Assembly (NCBI GenBank): GCA_030610655.1
Contig: JAUWRG010000001.1
Coordinates: 175 to 64,174, forward strand
Length of the DNA stretch: 64,000 nt
Reading direction: 5' to 3'
Source: Dehalococcoidia bacterium
GTDB lineage: Bacteria > Chloroflexota > Dehalococcoidia > E44-bin15
Below, piece by piece: positions 59,003-64,000 of this stretch. Below the pieces are notes generated by a model. That model was given only the letters and a program-made list of their open reading frames with translations, did no database searches and had not been told where the DNA came from. The number at the start of each line of letters is the position of its first letter. Within the stretch, counting starts at the first letter, position 1. The translations under genes and the position numbers were made by a program.

Positions 59003-59287
59003 ATGAAAAGTGCGAAGCGTGTAGTCAGCATTGCTATGATTATTTTCGGCTTAGCTACGGCTCTAACAGGTATATGGAATTTCTTCCCCCCTTTTAACGC
59101 CATGTTTTATATCCCTCACGCCACCAACTCTTGCATTTTCGGTCTCCTTATTGTCATACATATATGCCTCAATATAAAGCCGCTGCTCCGGTATTTCAAA
59201 AGGCTGAGGTGGTGGTGGGTTCTGGTTGGCTTGGGGGTTGTTTCAGTTATTTGGGTGGGTGCCATAATGCCAATATTGTTTTTCTAA
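59003..59287 (+). CDS. small integral membrane protein
   Basis: 94 aa, three predicted TM helices, RBS GGAGA. Confidence 0.4.
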   Translation: MKSAKRVVSIAMIIFGLATALTGIWNFFPPFNAMFYIPHATNSCIFGLLIVIHICLNIKPLLRYFKRLRWWWVLVGLGVVSVIWVGAIMPILFF

Positions 59288-59310
59288 CTACAGAGGGAGG
59301 ATATGTAAGG

Positions 59311-59757
59311 GTGCCCTGGGTTATTGTGGTAATTGCTGTATCTTTCTTTGCCAATAGGTACGGCCTGCCGTCATTGCCGATACCAGATTGGGTAGGTTAT
59401 CTGGTATGTGCTTTCCTCGCCATGACGGGCATGTCGCTTGCTGCTCTGGGAGTAAAAGCCGCCTCATTAAGGGTCTTACTTGGAAGTGATAGATCTATTC
59501 TGGTTACAGGAGGTATTTATTCTTACATCAGGAATCCGATTTGTCTGTCCTGTATCCTTTTATCACTTAGTGTGGCCACGGGCTTTAAGTCAATTATTGG
59601 TATGATAGCAGCCATTTTGGTGGTGGCGATAGTTTGCCTGCGGATAGCTCTATGGGAAGAAAGAGAGCTCAAGCGTCGATTCGGGCAGGAATATTGCGAC
59701 TATAAGAGCAAGGTCGGGATGTTTATTCCAAGATTGCCACGGACTGCTAACAAATAA
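59311..59757 (+). CDS. isoprenylcysteine carboxyl methyltransferase (ICMT)/phospholipid MTase family membrane protein
   Basis: LVTGGIYSYIRNP...EE..L...FG..Y..Y motif; GTG start at 59311 after a GGGAGG RBS. The ORF track's longer 59131 start is probably an extension. Confidence 0.6.
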   Translation: MPWVIVVIAVSFFANRYGLPSLPIPDWVGYLVCAFLAMTGMSLAALGVKAASLRVLLGSDRSILVTGGIYSYIRNPICLSCILLSLSVATGFKSIIGMIAAILVVAIVCLRIALWEERELKRRFGQEYCDYKSKVGMFIPRLPRTANK

Positions 59758-59819
59758 CAGGAAAGTATGGCATCCCACAACTACCCTCATCAAAGGTCTC
59801 CTCTTGATGCCCGGCTGGT

Positions 59820-60104
59820 TTATTCCAATTCCAGTGTCAGCGAGCCCGCTACTAGAGTGACCTCAATCTCCAGTTCCGGTCCTCCATGCCCGGTCCAACT
59901 CAGGGTAATGTAATCACCATCGAGCTGTTCGAACCCATCATCTGCCTCAATACTCGCCGCTCCTCCGCCGATATTTATCCGCGCTGGAGTCTCCTCAGGT
60001 ACAATAAGTATTATTGAGCAGGCGCCAGCATTTATGTCAACCACCCCATCGCGCATCAGTTCCCCATCGAAGCCAATTGTCAGACTGCTGTGAGTATCGG
60101 CCAT
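59820..60104 (-). CDS. hypothetical protein (94 aa)
   Basis: ORF only. Confidence 0.3.
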   Translation of the reverse strand: MADTHSSLTIGFDGELMRDGVVDINAGACSIILIVPEETPARINIGGGAASIEADDGFEQLDGDYITLSWTGHGGPELEIEVTLVAGSLTLELE

Positions 60105-60129
60105 ATTAGCCGAGATGTCCCACTAACTA

Positions 60130-61020
60130 CTATGGCTGTTTTGAACAATTATCCCTAGTCGCTTTGGGCCACATGCAGCGAAACATATAATACTGATCGG
60201 GATACTGCTTGATGTATGGCTCGAGCGAGTTCATGACCGTCTGCGTCAACTCCCGAATGTCCTTGCTCAGCGTGCCGCTGGGCTCGAAACTGATGCATTC
60301 GCCGAAGGAAGTGAGAAAGGTATTGTCGGGACGACGCACCGAGGCCATGGGCACGATCTTGGCACCGGTCTTTAGCGCCAAAGTCGCCGCGCCCCGAGGC
60401 ATTCTGGTGACGGCGTCACCAAACCTCACCTCTACGCCCTTCCCAGCATTAGGACTGTCAATGAGCAGTACCAAGTGTTCGTTACGACGAAGCGCTTCCA
60501 CCATCCCACCTATCCCCTTCTCTATGGCGACAACGTTCATCCCCAGACGCCGACGCCGACTTTGCACAAATTCGTCGAGCTTCGCCGAGTCGAAGCTCTC
60601 GACAATGACATTCAGCGGGTATTTATTCAGGACGACTGCGGCGACAGTCAGTTCCCAATTTCCCTGGTGCAAGCCGACGAGGATGCATCCCTTTCCCTCC
60701 TCGAGTGCCTTTCCCAGGTTCTCCCACCCTTGAAAAGCAACTCTTTTCATTATCTCCTCTGGCTTCGTAGCAGGCAGGCAGACGAAATCCAAAAGGTACT
60801 TGCAGTAGTTGCGCAGCGCCCCCTTCGCCAGTCTATCGATCTCTTTCTTGCTGGCATTATTGCCCACGACATGCCTCAGGTTCTCCCTGATGCATTTTCG
60901 TCCCCGGGGCCACACAAGATAACCAATATAGCTGATAACATAAGCTAGAGCGTATCCAAACCTTATAGAAACTACTCGGAAAACAAGTCTAATAATGCTG
61001 CCCAGCACGTACAAGATCAC
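60130..61020 (-). CDS. lysophospholipid/lipid A-type acyltransferase (LpxL/HtrB/PatA-like family)
   Basis: HQGNWE acyltransferase motif; 296 aa. Confidence 0.65.
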   Translation of the reverse strand: MILYVLGSIIRLVFRVVSIRFGYALAYVISYIGYLVWPRGRKCIRENLRHVVGNNASKKEIDRLAKGALRNYCKYLLDFVCLPATKPEEIMKRVAFQGWENLGKALEEGKGCILVGLHQGNWELTVAAVVLNKYPLNVIVESFDSAKLDEFVQSRRRRLGMNVVAIEKGIGGMVEALRRNEHLVLLIDSPNAGKGVEVRFGDAVTRMPRGAATLALKTGAKIVPMASVRRPDNTFLTSFGECISFEPSGTLSKDIRELTQTVMNSLEPYIKQYPDQYYMFRCMWPKATRDNCSKQP

Positions 61021-61389
61021 TGTTTACTCCCAGTGACAAGCTCCTCAACCATCCTACAGGCTTCCTAGTCGGTATATTCAGCGGGATATCTTATTTCAAC
61101 TCACGATAAGGCAACGCTTATCCCTCATCGCCCTTCTAATCAATGATACTTCTACAGCACCTAGACGTCAAGCCTGTTCACAACCCCGTAGCTAGCACGA
61201 CGCGGTTTCCGACCCGCACGCTATAGCGCCTGAATTCACCGTCCCGCTGCTTCAGCGGAAGCTATAACATCGGCAACAACTACTGGTGCAGAAGGCTGTC
61301 CCAATCACAATAAATATCCTGTATGTGATAGCAAGAACCTGAGCCCTCTTATCCCGTTCAGACAGATGAGTGACATCTTCCCCCATTGC

Positions 61390-61628
61390 GAGGCTTGCCC
61401 CCAACGAAGCTGTCCATTCTGGTAAGAGCGTTCAATTAAACAGCCCTACTACGCCGAAGGCATCAGAGAGAGTCCAGAGGGATTTGCCCATTAACGGGGA
61501 TCTGGGGAATCGGCCAGAGGTACATTTCAGGGGGGATGGGCACATGTCATTCTGATGGACTCTGAGTGAAACGAAGGGTCTCGAAAAATCTCTCCACTCC
61601 CAGATTCTTCGCTGCGCTCAGAATGACA
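61390..61628. repeat. composite repeat copy R8 (degenerate palindrome module + hairpin module + inverted-repeat-ended element)
   Basis: GCTTGCCCCCAACGAAG...GAGCGTTCAATTAAACAGCCCTACTA (degenerate palindrome module with flank), GAGTCCAGAGGG at 61471-61482, GTCATTCTGA (61546) ... GATTCTTCGCTGCGCTCAGAATGAC (61628). Confidence 0.7.
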
Positions 61629-61812
61629 GGAAGGGCACGTGGGCGGGTCAAAACAATAGGGACGCTGCAACGCAGGTATCATGGAGGAATCTATCATGAC
61701 CAGTTCACTTTTCAACTGGAAATGGTTCACTTTTCAGGTTTAAACAGCTCACTTTTGAAGTTTAAATAACAATAAACCAGCACACTCTTGACAAAACAGC
61801 AAACATGATATA

Positions 61813-62289
61813 GTGTCAGTAATAGTTATCGATACGAAAACCAAAGAGGCTGGAGTTAGTTTGAGCGCTGTGCACAGGAAAACGAAACAGAAAGAGGCTA
61901 TCCTTGGGGTTCTAAAGGGTACAACCTCTCACCCCACTGCCGATTGGATCTACGAGCAGGTGAGATGTGAAATACCCAATATCAGCCTGGGGACGGTTTA
62001 CCGCAACCTCAGGTTGCTGCAACGGGAAGGGGTGATAATGGAGCTAGACCTTGCCGGTACTCTAAGCAGGTTCGATGCCAATATCCACAACCATTATCAC
62101 TTCAGATGTGAGCAATGCGGTCGTGTTTTTGATCTCGACGAGCCGGTGGACAAAGCGATGGATGATAATGTGGCCCAAAAAACAGGCTTCAAGGTTACGC
62201 ACCATCGCTTGGAATTTCGCGGGCTATGTATCGATTGCCAGCGCTCAGATTCACCTGAGTCGCTGAAGAAATACCTTGGTCTTACCTAG
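61813..62289 (+). CDS. Fur-family transcriptional regulator (second paralog; Fur/PerR-like)
   Basis: Winged-helix TVYRNL and HHFRCEQCG...CIDCQ metal site. Confidence 0.75.
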   Translation: MSVIVIDTKTKEAGVSLSAVHRKTKQKEAILGVLKGTTSHPTADWIYEQVRCEIPNISLGTVYRNLRLLQREGVIMELDLAGTLSRFDANIHNHYHFRCEQCGRVFDLDEPVDKAMDDNVAQKTGFKVTHHRLEFRGLCIDCQRSDSPESLKKYLGLT

Positions 62290-62627
62290 CTGCAAAAAGG
62301 CTGGCATTACGTCTGTCTTTCTGGTTGAGCTCGCCTTATCTACCTTCAGCGCTGTAGTTTTCAACAGCATCCTTGCCGCAGTTACCATCAATTAACTTAT
62401 CTCCCCACCATTCATTAGTAGAATACACCATCTTCAAGGCTGGAGAACAAAAGGCAGATTAGCAAACCGCCTTCTCCTTGAGTGAGAACTGCTACCGCTT
62501 ACTCTAAAACGGTGTATACCCTCCCGAGGATAAGGGCTGGCTCCATTCTTGCTGACATCAAACACTGGTTTTCCTCGGTCAACTCTGCTATGCTCATTGG
62601 GACAAAACGAGCCTAAGGAGTTTCAAC

Positions 62628-62969
62628 ATGAAGGTACATAACTATCTAGAGACAGAGGCCATTCAAGATGCCCCAGGTGTGTTACGCCGTGTGGTCATCG
62701 GTGCTGACGACGGCGCTCCCCGATTCGCTATGCGCGTATTTGAGGTTACGCCAGGGAGATCTACCCCGTTCCATTCCCATTGGTGGGAACATGAGGTCTT
62801 TGTTCTGTCAGGTGAGGGCATATTCAAATGTAACGGAGGCGAAAGCTCGATCAGAGAGGGAACTGTAGTGTTCGTTGCACCCAACGAGGAACATTGTTTT
62901 GCCAACACCGGCAACGACGTTCTTCGCTTCATATGTGTGATTCCGTTGCCCAATACGGCTGTACCGTAG
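62628..62969 (+). CDS. cupin-domain protein
   Basis: 113 aa; HSHWWEHEVFVLSGEG cupin motif. Confidence 0.6.
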   Translation: MKVHNYLETEAIQDAPGVLRRVVIGADDGAPRFAMRVFEVTPGRSTPFHSHWWEHEVFVLSGEGIFKCNGGESSIREGTVVFVAPNEEHCFANTGNDVLRFICVIPLPNTAVP

Positions 62970-62990
62970 TAGCTGTAGGATTGCCGGCTG

Positions 62991-63419
62991 CTAGCGAAAC
63001 ACAAAATCCACACTACATCTCCCTGTCATCTCCTCAATATCTACGGTGCCGATATAAACCGAAGCACCCTTGATCCGCTCGTCGGCAAGGTCAACCCCCA
63101 TGAGCAATTTGAAGCCCCTCTTCTTTGCCTCAAAATCATCCCGCAGCGTAACTTTGCCGTAGCAAATAACGCTCGCCCAACCTTTCTGCCATTCGTCGAC
63201 CTCAAAACAAACCCTATTGTTCTTCTCCATAAAATCTATCTTCTTCCCCCTTTTCGCCGCGTGGAAATAGATTGCCCCCTCGCTATATATGTATGACACC
63301 GGGACAACATAAGGTTCACCTTCAACGCAGAGCCCTAGCCTGCCATGCAGTTGTTTCTTCAGAAAAAAATCGATTTCATCACGTGTCAACTCTCTCGATT
63401 CGTGCACAGGCCTTTCCAT
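62991..63419 (-). CDS. pyridoxamine 5'-phosphate oxidase-family flavin-binding protein
   Basis: 142 aa with the PNPOx split-barrel N-terminus (TRDEIDFFLKKQLHGRLGL...PYVVPVSY). Confidence 0.65.
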   Translation of the reverse strand: MERPVHESRELTRDEIDFFLKKQLHGRLGLCVEGEPYVVPVSYIYSEGAIYFHAAKRGKKIDFMEKNNRVCFEVDEWQKGWASVICYGKVTLRDDFEAKKRGFKLLMGVDLADERIKGASVYIGTVDIEEMTGRCSVDFVFR

Positions 63420-64000
63420 TTTATTGCCCCATCTCCTTCTTTTTTTATATTATATCCTAAACATCTGCATCTGGACATCTGCACTTCTGAGCCATGCGGC
63501 AGTTGGCCACGCAGAAGATCTGAAACATGACCAACGTCGTGAGAACTGTCACTTGAGCGTACTCCAACTGCTAGACCAACACTCATTACTACGGGCAAAG
63601 TCATGGGGATGGCAAAAACTGAAACCGCCACTGCAATAACTAACGTCTCCACCAGGTCCTTGCTTATTGCCAAGCCATCGCTGCAGGCGAGAACACTGGC
63701 TCTGACAATACCTCTTCGGCTGAAAGAGAATACTAGGATGTGCTAACATGCTCATCCACAACGCCATTCTAGGTCTAGCATAAGGGGAAAGCAAGCTGAG
63801 CCGCTCAGGGGATCCAGATCGTGGATTCTACTTCGAGGGATTATCATAACGAATGGCAAGGACAATGATTAAACACCTACATAAACTGAATTAAAACTAG
63901 TATTGTCCAACTATTGACTAAATGCCTTAGATATGGTTAAATATAACTATTATTTACATATGGGAATACATGAAAGGAGGGGGAGGACCATGCCGAGGCG

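Noticed and set aside
59131-59757. 208-aa ORF overlapping the small membrane protein gene
   Set aside because: The N-terminal part overlaps ORF 59003-59287 in another frame. The ICMT-family domain begins near a GTG at 59311 preceded by GGGAGG.
1-64000. CRISPR arrays or cas genes
   Set aside because: I found no regularly spaced direct repeats with unique spacers anywhere. The only repeats are dispersed palindromic or inverted-repeat-ended elements.

Overview
The window is a 64-kb bacterial chromosomal segment at roughly 50-55% GC, most likely from an anaerobe. Pointers to that lifestyle are a Na+-pumping biotin-dependent acyl-CoA decarboxylase locus, RtcB with archease, a hydrogenase maturation protease, B12-radical-SAM enzymes and PKD-PEGA lipoproteins. 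I cannot assign a taxon from sequence alone.

Most of the window is housekeeping: FtsH, MoaE, the PhoU-like/PitA pair, dprA-topA-xerC, aroQ, pepP, efp, xseAB, zur-lgt-znuACB, tig-clpP, aspS, and two tandem tRNA-Ser genes.

The centre holds a clearly foreign, AT-rich insertion of about 5.95 kb (30.7-36.6 kb). It sits exactly between efp and xseA and is flanked by a 22-bp direct repeat that duplicates the efp stop and xseA start. It carries a tightly coupled four-gene operon: a Type-III-Res-like helicase with a C-terminal PD-(D/E)xK nuclease motif (874 aa), a 157-aa unknown protein, a 255-aa protein resembling DUF1828/DUF1829, and a beta-class DPPF amino-methyltransferase resembling Type III Mod (669 aa). 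The gene order (res before mod) and the two inserted unknown genes are atypical for a canonical Type III R-M system. I consider this the best candidate for an undescribed restriction-modification-related defence system in the window.

Other accessory features:
- A 5'-truncated PLD-nuclease/SNF2-helicase fusion at the window start.
- A MazEF-like toxin-antitoxin cassette inserted at the aroQ 3' end, with a duplicated aroQ tail of about 55 bp.
- A small low-GC islet (49.7-54.9 kb) with a DUF4258/DUF2283 pair, an AsnB-like PP-loop ATPase and an overlapping pair of unknown genes, one with an Rx4HH motif.
- A composite family of interspersed intergenic repeats built from three modules: a TAGGGGCGTTCAATTGAACGCCCCTA palindrome, a GGAGTCCAGAGGG/CCCTCTGG hairpin, and GTCATTCTGA...TCAGAATGAC terminal-inverted-repeat elements.
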